Below are positions 1-8,914 of a DNA stretch of 52,143 nt, piece by piece. A model generated the notes under the pieces. It ran no database searches and was not told the origin of the DNA. It worked only from the letters and a program-made list of their open reading frames with translations. Positions within the stretch are counted from its first letter, which is position 1. The number at the start of each line of letters is the position of its first letter. The DNA comes from Flavobacteriales bacterium (GTDB lineage Bacteria; Bacteroidota; Bacteroidia; Flavobacteriales; TMED113), in contig PBKX01000022.1 in NCBI GenBank assembly GCA_002722215.1, positions 6,815-58,957 of the forward strand. The letters are read 5' to 3'. Made by a program: the position numbers and the translations under genes.

Positions 1-65
1 AATAATATATTATTCATATTGATTATGATATGATTTTAAAATAAATATAACGAATATATATTTTA

Positions 66-959
66 TTATATTTTTGATCTAAAATTATTTTTTTTGTGTT
101 TTATGATGGTGTTAATTAAAATACTAGATAAAATTATTCCTGCTCCCCAATAAAACTCATTGGACATTTTCTCCTCTTCTCCAAAGCATATTATTGCCAA
201 TATAATTGCATATATAGGCTCAAGATTAACACTTAAGTTAACAGTGAAAGGTGTAATTTTTTTCATTACTTCAATACTAGCATAAAATGCAAATGCTGTA
301 CATATTAATGATAGAATTAAAATATATAATATATCTAATCCATATGGGAGAATACTTTGATTTATTTTATTGTTGATTATTAGGTATATAGTTATTCCCA
401 TAGCTCCACCAAACATTTCCCATGTTGTAATAGTTAAGGCATTATGTTTTGCTTGAATTAATTGATGATTTAAAACAGTGAAAAGTGCGGCAAAAAATGC
501 TGATAAAACAGAGAATAATACAGCTTTTTGATAAGGTGTCTCGTAATTAAAAACAATAATAACACCTGTAATAACTAATAGAGATAATAGTATTTCATGA
601 ATTAGGATACTTTTTTTCTGAATTATAGGTTCTAATATAGCCGTAAATAATGATATGGTAGATAGGCATATTAGTGCTAATGAGACAGTGGATAACTTAA
701 TAGATTCAAAAAAGAACACCCAATGTATTGCAATTAATAATCCAATTAATGAGTATTTTAAGAATTCTGTTATCTTAATTTTTTTTACCCCCTTCCTTAA
801 TATATTAATTATAAAAAGACCAATAAATGCGATTAGCATTCTGTTCCATACAATAATGTCGGATTCTAATTCAATTAATTTTCCAAGAATACCTGTAAAT
901 CCCCAAATTAGTATAATAATATGTAAAAGAATAAGACTTTTATTCTTGGATAGGTTCAT
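66..959 (-). CDS. EamA/DMT-family membrane transporter
   Basis: 297-aa ORF that is almost entirely hydrophobic helices (about 10) in two similar halves. Family call rests on overall pattern only. Confidence 0.65.
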   Translation of the reverse strand: MNLSKNKSLILLHIIILIWGFTGILGKLIELESDIIVWNRMLIAFIGLFIINILRKGVKKIKITEFLKYSLIGLLIAIHWVFFFESIKLSTVSLALICLSTISLFTAILEPIIQKKSILIHEILLSLLVITGVIIVFNYETPYQKAVLFSVLSAFFAALFTVLNHQLIQAKHNALTITTWEMFGGAMGITIYLIINNKINQSILPYGLDILYILILSLICTAFAFYASIEVMKKITPFTVNLSVNLEPIYAIILAIICFGEEEKMSNEFYWGAGIILSSILINTIIKHKKNNFRSKI

Positions 960-2085
960 GATACTGTTTCTTTAAATAAAATATACCAATTAATCCAAGG
1001 ATAGTTATTAAAATCCCAATTATCTGTGCTTGTGTGATATTAAGGCCCAAGAACATGTATTTCTCAGTCACACGTATAATTTCTATTAAAAATCGTTCTA
1101 TTCCATTTAAAATTAAATATATACAAAACAATAAGCCTGGAATTTTAATATATTTTTTGATATTATACAAAAATAAAAAAGCTAAAACAGCAAATATTGA
1201 TTCATATAGTGACGTTGGGTATACTAAATATGGAAGTTGATTACAATACATGCCAACACAACCCTCTATTTTTTCTCCAGCTTCTATCACATTATGAGGA
1301 AAATTATAACCCCAAAGCCAATCGGGTATGAATACAGGCTTATTATTCATATTAGCAATAATACCCCAATCTCCATCACCTGAAAAATGGCATCCCATTC
1401 TACCAACACCATATGCTAAAATGAGTGATGGAGCAAATATGTCTGCTAAATAAACTGTTTTTATACTATACTTTTTTCCATACATGATAACAGCGATTGT
1501 CCCAAATATTAATCCTCCATAAAAAGTTAAGCCACTAAATGAAAATAATGCATCTAATGGATTAGATATTAAATAGTCGATATCCTCAAATACTGAAAAT
1601 AATTTTGCTCCAATAATTCCACTTAAGCCTGCTATAAATATAAAGTTCCAAGATAACTCAGATGGTAAAATCTCTTTTTTGATTTTTTTGCTCTCTTTTT
1701 TCTTTGAATAATATAGATGTGTTAATGTTAGTATTAAAAATATTAATCCGCTTAAGATATTCCCATTTGATGACAATATTGTTTGTTGAGGATTAGCAAC
1801 AAATAATGTGTAGTTATTAATAATATATATGATTTTAAATCCGAAAAAAAAACCTAAAATGCCATTAAAAAAATAATCTATTAGTATAAAAAAAATATTT
1901 TCTTGACTTTTTAATGTTATACTATTAAGAATTCGGGTTTTTTCTAGCCTTAGAAATTCTTGTTTAATAAAGTAGTGTCCAATTAAAAATGCAAGTGCTA
2001 TGAAGAATCCAAATGTCTGAATTGGAAGAGGAATAAAGATTCCTGTGCAGGATTCAAAAAAGTGACTGATCGTTGGAAATGTCAT
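940..2085 (-). CDS. lgt: Prolipoprotein diacylglyceryl transferase
   Basis: Polytopic membrane ORF with Lgt-type signatures GRMGCHFSGDGDWG and YPTSLYES. Overlaps the downstream EamA gene by 20 nt. Confidence 0.85.
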   Translation of the reverse strand: MTFPTISHFFESCTGIFIPLPIQTFGFFIALAFLIGHYFIKQEFLRLEKTRILNSITLKSQENIFFILIDYFFNGILGFFFGFKIIYIINNYTLFVANPQQTILSSNGNILSGLIFLILTLTHLYYSKKKESKKIKKEILPSELSWNFIFIAGLSGIIGAKLFSVFEDIDYLISNPLDALFSFSGLTFYGGLIFGTIAVIMYGKKYSIKTVYLADIFAPSLILAYGVGRMGCHFSGDGDWGIIANMNNKPVFIPDWLWGYNFPHNVIEAGEKIEGCVGMYCNQLPYLVYPTSLYESIFAVLAFLFLYNIKKYIKIPGLLFCIYLILNGIERFLIEIIRVTEKYMFLGLNITQAQIIGILITILGLIGIFYLKKQYHEPIQE

Positions 2086-2091
2086 ATGATA

Positions 2092-3381
2092 TTATATTAA
2101 AGTGCCTATTGCACAGGTGATATTATTATGCTCAATTTTATTTATCCGCACCTTTTTTAAGGTGTTTTTTAATGTGGGTTGATATACTGATTTTATTTTA
2201 ATGTAATTTTTGGAAAACCCATAAATATATCCATTTGTAATTTTATTCTCAAACAGGACTTCTTTTATTAGTCCCATATTTTTTTGATAAAAAAGATTTT
2301 TCTTTTTATCAGAAAGATTACGTAGAATTTTACTTCGGTTTTTTCTGATATTTAGAGGTATAGTTTCTGTTATTGTAATTGCTTTTGTATTCTCTCTTTC
2401 AGAGTATGTGAAAACATGCAAGTATGTAATCTCAAGAGATTTTAAAAATAAAAGTGTTTCATTAAACAATGCCTCTGTCTCTCCAGGAAATCCCACAATC
2501 ACATCAACACCAATACATGCATTATCAATTTTTCTATTAATTTTTTCAATGAGAACTTTGTAGTCTTTTGTTAAATACCTTCTCTGCATTTTTTTTAATA
2601 TAATATCGCTTCCTGATTGTAATGGAATATGAAAATGGGGTAATAATACTTTGGAATTAGATATTAATTCAATAATATCATCTGTAATTAAATTGGGTTC
2701 AATAGATGATATTCTTACTCTAATATCCTGTATTTTATCTATTTCAACTAAAAGATCGATAAGTTTTTTATTATCTTTTGTTTGAAAGTCACCCACATTG
2801 ACACCTGTTAAGACTATTTCTTTAACATTATCTTCTTTAAGTTTTTTTATTTTCTTGATTATGCTTTCTATCTCATCACTTCTACTTTTTCCTCTAGCTA
2901 AAGGAATTGTGCAAAATGAACATTTATAATTACAGCCATCTTGTATCTTTAGAAAAGATCTTGTTCTATCTCCAAAAGAAAATGCAGACTCAAAGTCATT
3001 TATTTCATTAATGGATTTATGTATAATTTGTGGGTTATCTGTTTTTTGTATTGTTGTTAAATATTGTTTTAATTTAAACTTTTCATTATTGCCAAGGATT
3101 AAATCTACTCCGCTAATTTGAGCGATTTCTTCGGGTTTTAATTGAGCATAACAGCCCATGATTATAATTTTAGCATTTGGATTTATATTTTGTACTTTTC
3201 TCACTAAGTATTGACATTCTTTATTTGCATTTTCTGTTACACTACATGTATTAATTACATATACATCTGAAAATTCATTGAAAGCAACTTCATGGAAGCC
3301 ATTATTTTGAACATCATTAGAGATAAATGATGTCTCTGAAAAATTTAATTTACAGCCTAATGTGTGGAATGCAATATTCAT
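2092..3381 (-). CDS. mtaB: MiaB-like tRNA methylthiotransferase (MtaB type)
   Basis: N-terminal IAFHTLGCKLNFSE, radical-SAM CNYKCSFCTIP (CxxxCxxC) and a TRAM-like C-terminus. The ORF is open to 3402, but the Met at 3381 gives the canonical N-terminus. Confidence 0.8.
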   Translation of the reverse strand: MNIAFHTLGCKLNFSETSFISNDVQNNGFHEVAFNEFSDVYVINTCSVTENANKECQYLVRKVQNINPNAKIIIMGCYAQLKPEEIAQISGVDLILGNNEKFKLKQYLTTIQKTDNPQIIHKSINEINDFESAFSFGDRTRSFLKIQDGCNYKCSFCTIPLARGKSRSDEIESIIKKIKKLKEDNVKEIVLTGVNVGDFQTKDNKKLIDLLVEIDKIQDIRVRISSIEPNLITDDIIELISNSKVLLPHFHIPLQSGSDIILKKMQRRYLTKDYKVLIEKINRKIDNACIGVDVIVGFPGETEALFNETLLFLKSLEITYLHVFTYSERENTKAITITETIPLNIRKNRSKILRNLSDKKKNLFYQKNMGLIKEVLFENKITNGYIYGFSKNYIKIKSVYQPTLKNTLKKVRINKIEHNNITCAIGTLI

Positions 3382-3388
3382 AGATTTG

Positions 3389-3396
3389 CAAATATA
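3389..3396 (-). promoter_or_regulatory. Candidate -7 box (TATATTTG on the minus strand) for mtaB
   Basis: Forward caaatata. Ends 7 nt before the preferred mtaB ATG at 3381. Confidence 0.3.
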
Positions 3397-3431
3397 AAAC
3401 AATAGAATATGAAAATAATATTACAGATGTG

Positions 3432-3439
3432 TATATTTG
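3432..3439 (+). promoter_or_regulatory. Candidate -7 box (TATATTTG) for the acyltransferase-GNAT-class IV cassette
   Basis: Exact TAnnTTTG match 22 nt before the ATG at 3462. No well-spaced -33 TTG seen. Confidence 0.3.
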
Positions 3440-3461
3440 ATATAATTATAAGCATAATAAT

Positions 3462-4229
3462 ATGAAAATTCTGATCAATATATGGACATACTGGTGCTTC
3501 TTTATTACTTTCTTAATTTTCCTCTTTTTTTTACCTATCAATTTAATGTTAATATTTCTTTTTGGTAAGATAGGGAAAGAAATTTTTGTTCGTTATAATT
3601 ACTATGTTGCTCATTTACTTATATTTTTCTATGGTATGAGAAAGAAAGTATCAGGGTCTTTCCCCTTTACTCATAATCAACCATGTGTTTATATTGCAAA
3701 TCATAAATCTTATTTAGATGTTATTATTATAGCATCTTTAGTTTCTCAAAAAATCAAATATCTTGGGAAAGCTGAAGTTTTTGATTGGCCTTTGGTGGGT
3801 TTATTATCTAGGCATTCTGGTCAAATTCCTGTAAAAAGAGAGGATAAAGATTCTAGACAAAGAGCATATGATGCAATGAAGAAATCTATTGATGAGGGTT
3901 TTTCAATTATTTTATTTCCAGAGGGGGGGTGGCGACATTCAGGAGATGGGGGGCATCCTAATCCATATGGTTTTGAGAATGAGAAAATTTTAAATCCCTT
4001 TAGAAATGGAGCATTTAGGTTAGCTATAGAGAAAAATGTACCTATTGTACCTATTGCATTATTAAATGCTGGAGAAAGATTCTCTTCTAAGACGATGAAA
4101 GTTATCCCTGGGAACATAGATGTTTTTATTTTTGATTTAATACACACTAAACACAATGATGACCCTCTTGATATTAATCAAGTATGTTATGATATGATAT
4201 ATAAGAAATTAAAAAATTACTGGCGATGA
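3462..4229 (+). CDS. PlsC-family (lysophospholipid) acyltransferase, membrane anchored
   Basis: N-terminal TM helix, H(X)4D block NHKSYLD and FPEGG block. A Gly-rich segment after FPEGG is encoded by G7 and G6 runs. Confidence 0.75.
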   Translation: MKILINIWTYWCFFITFLIFLFFLPINLMLIFLFGKIGKEIFVRYNYYVAHLLIFFYGMRKKVSGSFPFTHNQPCVYIANHKSYLDVIIIASLVSQKIKYLGKAEVFDWPLVGLLSRHSGQIPVKREDKDSRQRAYDAMKKSIDEGFSIILFPEGGWRHSGDGGHPNPYGFENEKILNPFRNGAFRLAIEKNVPIVPIALLNAGERFSSKTMKVIPGNIDVFIFDLIHTKHNDDPLDINQVCYDMIYKKLKNYWR

Positions 4230-4666
4230 TATCTTGGAAATTGAAATACTATAATGAGCTTTCAATAGAGATGCTATATATGATTTTAAGGATCAGGCAA
4301 GAGGTGTTTATTATAGAGCAAAATTGTAATTATTTAGATGCTGATGGTGTAGATCAAAAATCTTATCATTTGTTAGGATTCTCAGATAATATTTTAGTGT
4401 CATATATGAGAATTGTCAATTCAGATTCCTTGTCGGGACAGATTTCTTTTGGAAGAATATTGGTTAAACGAGATTTTCGAGGAAAGGGGATTGGTCGTCA
4501 ACTAATGCAAAAGGCTATTGATCTATTTTCTCCTCAACATGATTCTATTGTGATGTCAGCACAAATGTATTTATTAGATTTCTATAGAGATTTTAATTTC
4601 CAATCTATTGGAAAAGAATACTTAGAAGATAATATACCTCATATAAAAATGATTAGACATGGATAA
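4226..4666 (+). CDS. GNAT-family N-acetyltransferase (ElaA-like)
   Basis: 146 aa with acetyl-CoA motif RGKGIGRQLM. ATGA overlap with the upstream acyltransferase. Confidence 0.75.
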   Translation: MISWKLKYYNELSIEMLYMILRIRQEVFIIEQNCNYLDADGVDQKSYHLLGFSDNILVSYMRIVNSDSLSGQISFGRILVKRDFRGKGIGRQLMQKAIDLFSPQHDSIVMSAQMYLLDFYRDFNFQSIGKEYLEDNIPHIKMIRHG

Positions 4667-5495
4667 TATTTGTTATAATGGACAAATTATAGACACTAAT
4701 AAATTTTCCCTTTCTATTACAAACAGAGGGTTTAGGTATGGTGATTCTTTTTTTGAAACAATCAAATGTTATCAAGGTAATCCTTTATTTTTCGAAGAAC
4801 ATTATTTTAGAATGGCAGCTTCATTTTGTTTAATGAAGCTTACACCACCTGACATTTTTGATATAGATCATTTTAAATCACTAATACGTGATTTGTTGAT
4901 GAGCAATAACATGAATCACTCAGCTCGTGTTCGAATATCCTTTTTTAGATGTGATGGAGGGTATTATTTACCTATGACAAATAATACTCATTTTTTTATT
5001 GAATCAGAAGTGATAGATCAACACCAATATATATTAAATAAAAAAGGGTTACGTATTGGTGTTTATAAAGATAACTTTTTACCTAAAAATGTTTTAGGGA
5101 GTTTAAAAACAAACAATAGATTAATTAATATTTTAGCGTCTATTTATGCTAATGAAAATAACTATGATGATTGTATATTAATGAATGAGTCTAAAAACTT
5201 TGTTGAAAGCATATCAGGTAATATTTTTATTGTGCAAGATGGTGTTATTAAGACTCCATCTTTAGAAGAAGGATGTATAGATGGGGTCATTAGAAAAATA
5301 CTTATAAATCAATCTTCATTTCAAGTTATAGAAAAAGTGATTTCTTTTTCAGATATTCTGAATGCAAATGAATTGTTTTTAACTAATGTTATTTCAGGTG
5401 TTAAATGGATTCATAGTATGAATAATTCAATATACACCAATAGTGTTTCAAAAAAAGTAATAAACTATTTAAATAGATATATGGGTCTAGTTTAA
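4659..5495 (+). CDS. PLP fold-type IV enzyme (aminodeoxychorismate lyase / class IV aminotransferase family)
   Basis: RGFRYGDSFFETIK N-terminal block, a candidate catalytic Lys in GSLKTNNRL, and a C-terminal NELFLTNVISGV block. Confidence 0.7.
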   Translation: MDNICYNGQIIDTNKFSLSITNRGFRYGDSFFETIKCYQGNPLFFEEHYFRMAASFCLMKLTPPDIFDIDHFKSLIRDLLMSNNMNHSARVRISFFRCDGGYYLPMTNNTHFFIESEVIDQHQYILNKKGLRIGVYKDNFLPKNVLGSLKTNNRLINILASIYANENNYDDCILMNESKNFVESISGNIFIVQDGVIKTPSLEEGCIDGVIRKILINQSSFQVIEKVISFSDILNANELFLTNVISGVKWIHSMNNSIYTNSVSKKVINYLNRYMGLV

Positions 5496-6035
5496 ATGAA
5501 AATCAGATGGAGCTGTTGCCCATACTTCATAGTCTTTATTAATTTCAACTAATATGTTTGACCAATTTAATTGTTGATGTAATTTGGTTAAGTCTATATG
5601 ATGAATAATCCATGACCCTTCCTCGATTTCATATTTTAATTGATCTTTTTCCCATCCAGTATATCCTGTGAAAAATAAAATATCTTTTTCACAGATTTCT
5701 TGGGATTCCAATCCATGTATGACATCTTGTGTTTCGCCACCCCAAAAAACACCATCTTTTATTTCTTGACTATCTCTAATTAAATCAGGGTATTTATGAA
5801 TAAAAAATAGACTTTCTTTATTGTCTACAGGCCCTCCATATTGTATCTTTATATTAGTCGGCGGAATTTTTTTTATAAGTGCATCTAACGTGGCTTCAGT
5901 TTGTTTGTTCATAATAAAGCCGATAGTTCCATTATAATTGTGTTCTACAATTAAAATAATGGTCTTCTCAAATCTTTTATCTTCGATAAAAGGTTTTGAA
6001 ATTAATAAGCTGCCTACTTTAACTTCTGTTTTCAT
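5487..6035 (-). CDS. YqgE/AlgH-family protein (UPF0301)
   Basis: 182 aa. GSLLISKPFIEDKRFEKTIILIVEHNYNGTIGFIMNK matches the AlgH family N-terminal pattern. Confidence 0.8.
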   Translation of the reverse strand: MKTEVKVGSLLISKPFIEDKRFEKTIILIVEHNYNGTIGFIMNKQTEATLDALIKKIPPTNIKIQYGGPVDNKESLFFIHKYPDLIRDSQEIKDGVFWGGETQDVIHGLESQEICEKDILFFTGYTGWEKDQLKYEIEEGSWIIHHIDLTKLHQQLNWSNILVEINKDYEVWATAPSDFHLN

Positions 6036-6089
6036 GACGTTAATATATAAAATATTTTATATTAAATTTAGATCATATAATTTATTATA

Positions 6090-6725
6090 ATGAAAAAAAT
6101 ACATAACATTAGAACAAATTACCAATTTGGTTCACTTTCAAAATCAGACCTTGCATATTCTCCTATCAAGCAATTTAAAGATTGGTTCTCTCAAATTATT
6201 AACTTAATGACAGAGCCTACTGCTATGACTCTTTCTACTTATAGTAAAAGATATGGTGTTGATAGTAGAATTGTGTTATTAAAAGAGATAAAGCAAGATG
6301 GTTTTATTTTTTATACAAATTATAATAGTGTCAAGGGGAAACAAATATCTTCAAATAATAATGTTTCTCTTTCTTTTTTTTGGCCAGAATTACAAAGACA
6401 AGTGCGTGTTAATGGGTTAGCTTTTAAGTTATCAGATGCATACTCAACTCGTTATTTTAAAAGTCGTCCAAAAAAATCTCAAATTTCAGCCTGTATTTCT
6501 CAGCAAAGTGAAGTTGTTCTTAGCCGAAATCTTATGGAAAAACAATTTAATCTTATGTGTCAGCAATTTAAAAACAAATCAATTCCAAAGCCGGATTATT
6601 GGGGCGGATATAAAGTTAAGCCGTCCTGTATTGAATTTTGGCAGGGTAGAAAAGATAGGCTACATGATAGGTTTATATATGAAAAGAAAGACAAAAAATG
6701 GGTGATTAATAGACTTTATCCTTAG
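6090..6725 (+). CDS. pdxH: Pyridoxamine 5'-phosphate oxidase
   Basis: 211 aa with FYTNYNSVKG, LQRQVRVNG and the C-terminal IEFWQGRKDRLHDR signature. Confidence 0.9.
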   Translation: MKKIHNIRTNYQFGSLSKSDLAYSPIKQFKDWFSQIINLMTEPTAMTLSTYSKRYGVDSRIVLLKEIKQDGFIFYTNYNSVKGKQISSNNNVSLSFFWPELQRQVRVNGLAFKLSDAYSTRYFKSRPKKSQISACISQQSEVVLSRNLMEKQFNLMCQQFKNKSIPKPDYWGGYKVKPSCIEFWQGRKDRLHDRFIYEKKDKKWVINRLYP

Positions 6726-7740
6726 ATATTTCTATTGTTTTCAATTCTTTTTTATTTTTTAAAAAACCATTGATAAATTCTTGACCTGTTAATTCCTTCC
6801 CATTTTCAGTTTTTATTTTATCGACTAAAAAAGATTTGTCTAATTTTTTTATCTTAATTGTATTGTCGGATGTGTCTATAGAAATTTCAATATTTTTATT
6901 TGCCTTGGAATCATTTGATGCTTCTTGTTTAAACTGACTAACCCTAATAATTTTAATATTTTTTTCAATTGGATCAGATTTCTTGCTAATTATATCCCAT
7001 TTTGTTCTTACTCCAGGTGGGGACATGCCCCTAATAAAATTATAGATCTCTAGTAAGCTATTTTTTGCCCAAAATGTATTATTTGCTACCAGATCATCTT
7101 TATAAATTTTAGGAGCATATTGTACATTTTGACTGAGATTATTTTTTTGTGGTTGTCTTTTGTGCTGATTTTTGAGCACTTTTTGTATTGTATCTTTTAT
7201 TATTTCATAACTATGTGTCATTAATATGTCATGTAGGTCATCTGCATGCCAATCTTTTTTGATCATAATTTTTGATTGTAAAATAATGTCACCAGTATCA
7301 ATTTTGTCATTTATAAAAAATGTTGTTAATCCAGTTTCTTTTTCACCATTGATAATGGCCCAGTTAATGGGTGCCGCTCCTCTGTATTTTGGTAATAAAG
7401 AAGCATGTAAATTAATGGTGCCTAGTGTTGGGATTTCAAAGAGGATTTTTGGCAATTTTTTAAATGCAACGACAACCATTAAATCAATTTTTAATTTTTT
7501 TATTTGATTAATAAATATATTATTTGATAAATCAATTGGCTCAAATACTTTGATGCCTTTGGATTGAGCTTCTTTTTTTATAGCAGACATTTGCTTTTTT
7601 TGTCCTCTGCCTGATACTTTGTCGGGTATAGTAATCACACCAACTAAATTATATCGTAATAATTTTTGATGATCAAATATTGAGTTTAGAGATGTGATAG
7701 CAAATCGAGGTGTGCCACAAAAAAGAATATTTTTTTTCAT
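6706..7740 (-). CDS. fmt: Methionyl-tRNA formyltransferase
   Basis: N-terminal ILFCGTPRFA and formyltransferase core HASLLPKYRGAAPINWAIINGEKETG, plus a C-terminal tRNA-binding domain. Convergent 20-nt overlap with pdxH. Confidence 0.85.
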   Translation of the reverse strand: MKKNILFCGTPRFAITSLNSIFDHQKLLRYNLVGVITIPDKVSGRGQKKQMSAIKKEAQSKGIKVFEPIDLSNNIFINQIKKLKIDLMVVVAFKKLPKILFEIPTLGTINLHASLLPKYRGAAPINWAIINGEKETGLTTFFINDKIDTGDIILQSKIMIKKDWHADDLHDILMTHSYEIIKDTIQKVLKNQHKRQPQKNNLSQNVQYAPKIYKDDLVANNTFWAKNSLLEIYNFIRGMSPPGVRTKWDIISKKSDPIEKNIKIIRVSQFKQEASNDSKANKNIEISIDTSDNTIKIKKLDKSFLVDKIKTENGKELTGQEFINGFLKNKKELKTIEISKDKVY

Positions 7741-8273
7741 AAACTATTTAAAATAAAATCGACTCTTTTATTAATGTTTAATTTTGGAACTTCGATTATA
7801 TTGTAATTATATTTTAAAAAAGCTTGTCTCAAAAATAAATCTATTTTTTTAGCTTTTTGATAATTTTCAGGTCTTAGATTTGTTTCTTTGTATATATCTT
7901 GCCAATTAGGTGTATAGAAAACATGTTTCATGTATCGATATTTATGAATCATTTTATCCCATTCTAATGGATATTTTTCGTTCCACATATTTAGATAAGC
8001 AATAACATCAATGGTACTTCTATCAAAAAATATTAATTGCTTTAATATATCTTCATCATTATTGGCAGCATTCTTAGTTGTCAATTCATTATATTGATCG
8101 AGTCTTTTTTTAAAAATATAATTACTTAATTGAATTCTAGTTTGTTTTTTATTTAGATCAGATGGGTTTATTTCTTTCCGTGTCAGATATCCTCGATTTT
8201 TTAATTCATTAATAATAGTTGTTTTTCCACTGCCAGGTGGACCACTTATGATTATTTTATTGTTTTTCATCAT
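7737..8273 (-). CDS. Small P-loop ATPase/kinase-like protein (AAA_28/NadR-like)
   Basis: 178 aa with Walker A GPPGSGKTT at the N-terminus. ATGA overlap with fmt. Confidence 0.55.
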   Translation of the reverse strand: MMKNNKIIISGPPGSGKTTIINELKNRGYLTRKEINPSDLNKKQTRIQLSNYIFKKRLDQYNELTTKNAANNDEDILKQLIFFDRSTIDVIAYLNMWNEKYPLEWDKMIHKYRYMKHVFYTPNWQDIYKETNLRPENYQKAKKIDLFLRQAFLKYNYNIIEVPKLNINKRVDFILNSL

Positions 8274-8320
8274 TACTAATTTACATTTTATTTATTTTTA
8301 TTGAATTATTTATATATCAA

Positions 8321-8914
8321 ATGATTCCTATTAAAGAAACATTTTTATCTATACAGGGGGAAGGCTATTATGCAGGCCAGTCTTCATATTTTATTAGAAC
8401 TCAAGGGTGTGATATTGGATGTCACTGGTGTGATGAGCCTGATTCTTGGTCAATGAATGAAGGTGTAAACATGTCTTTTAATACTTTGGTTCATGATATA
8501 CAAAAAACAAACACGCAGATTATTATTTTTACAGGTGGAGAGCCATTGATGCATGATTTGACAAGTGTCTCGGATAATATACGTAATTATGGATATAAAT
8601 TACATCTAGAAACTTCTGGTGCATATCCTTTAAGTGGCCAATGGGATTGGATAACTTTGTCACCAAAAAAAATCAAACCACCATTATCTGAAATTTACCC
8701 TTTTGCCTCAGAGTTGAAGATAATTATTTACAATAATAATGATTTTGATTGGGCAATAGATCAGGCTAGGAAAGTTAATAAATCTTGTTTGCTATATCTG
8801 CAACCAGAATGGAGCCAGATAGAAAAAATGAAATCAAAAATATTTAATTTTTTATCACATAACCCAAGGTGGAAGTTATCGTTGCAAATGCATAAATATT
8901 TAAATATAAAATGA
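8321..8914 (+). CDS. queE: 7-carboxy-7-deazaguanine synthase (radical SAM)
   Basis: FLSIQGEGYYAGQSSYFIRTQGCDIGCHWCD is the QueE N-terminal motif with a CxxxCxxC cluster. Confidence 0.85.
   Translation: MIPIKETFLSIQGEGYYAGQSSYFIRTQGCDIGCHWCDEPDSWSMNEGVNMSFNTLVHDIQKTNTQIIIFTGGEPLMHDLTSVSDNIRNYGYKLHLETSGAYPLSGQWDWITLSPKKIKPPLSEIYPFASELKIIIYNNNDFDWAIDQARKVNKSCLLYLQPEWSQIEKMKSKIFNFLSHNPRWKLSLQMHKYLNIK

Noticed and set aside
3821-4156. 111-aa minus-strand ORF inside the PlsC-like gene
   Set aside because: It is antisense to a CDS that has H(X)4D and FPEGG blocks. It has no signal or motif of its own.
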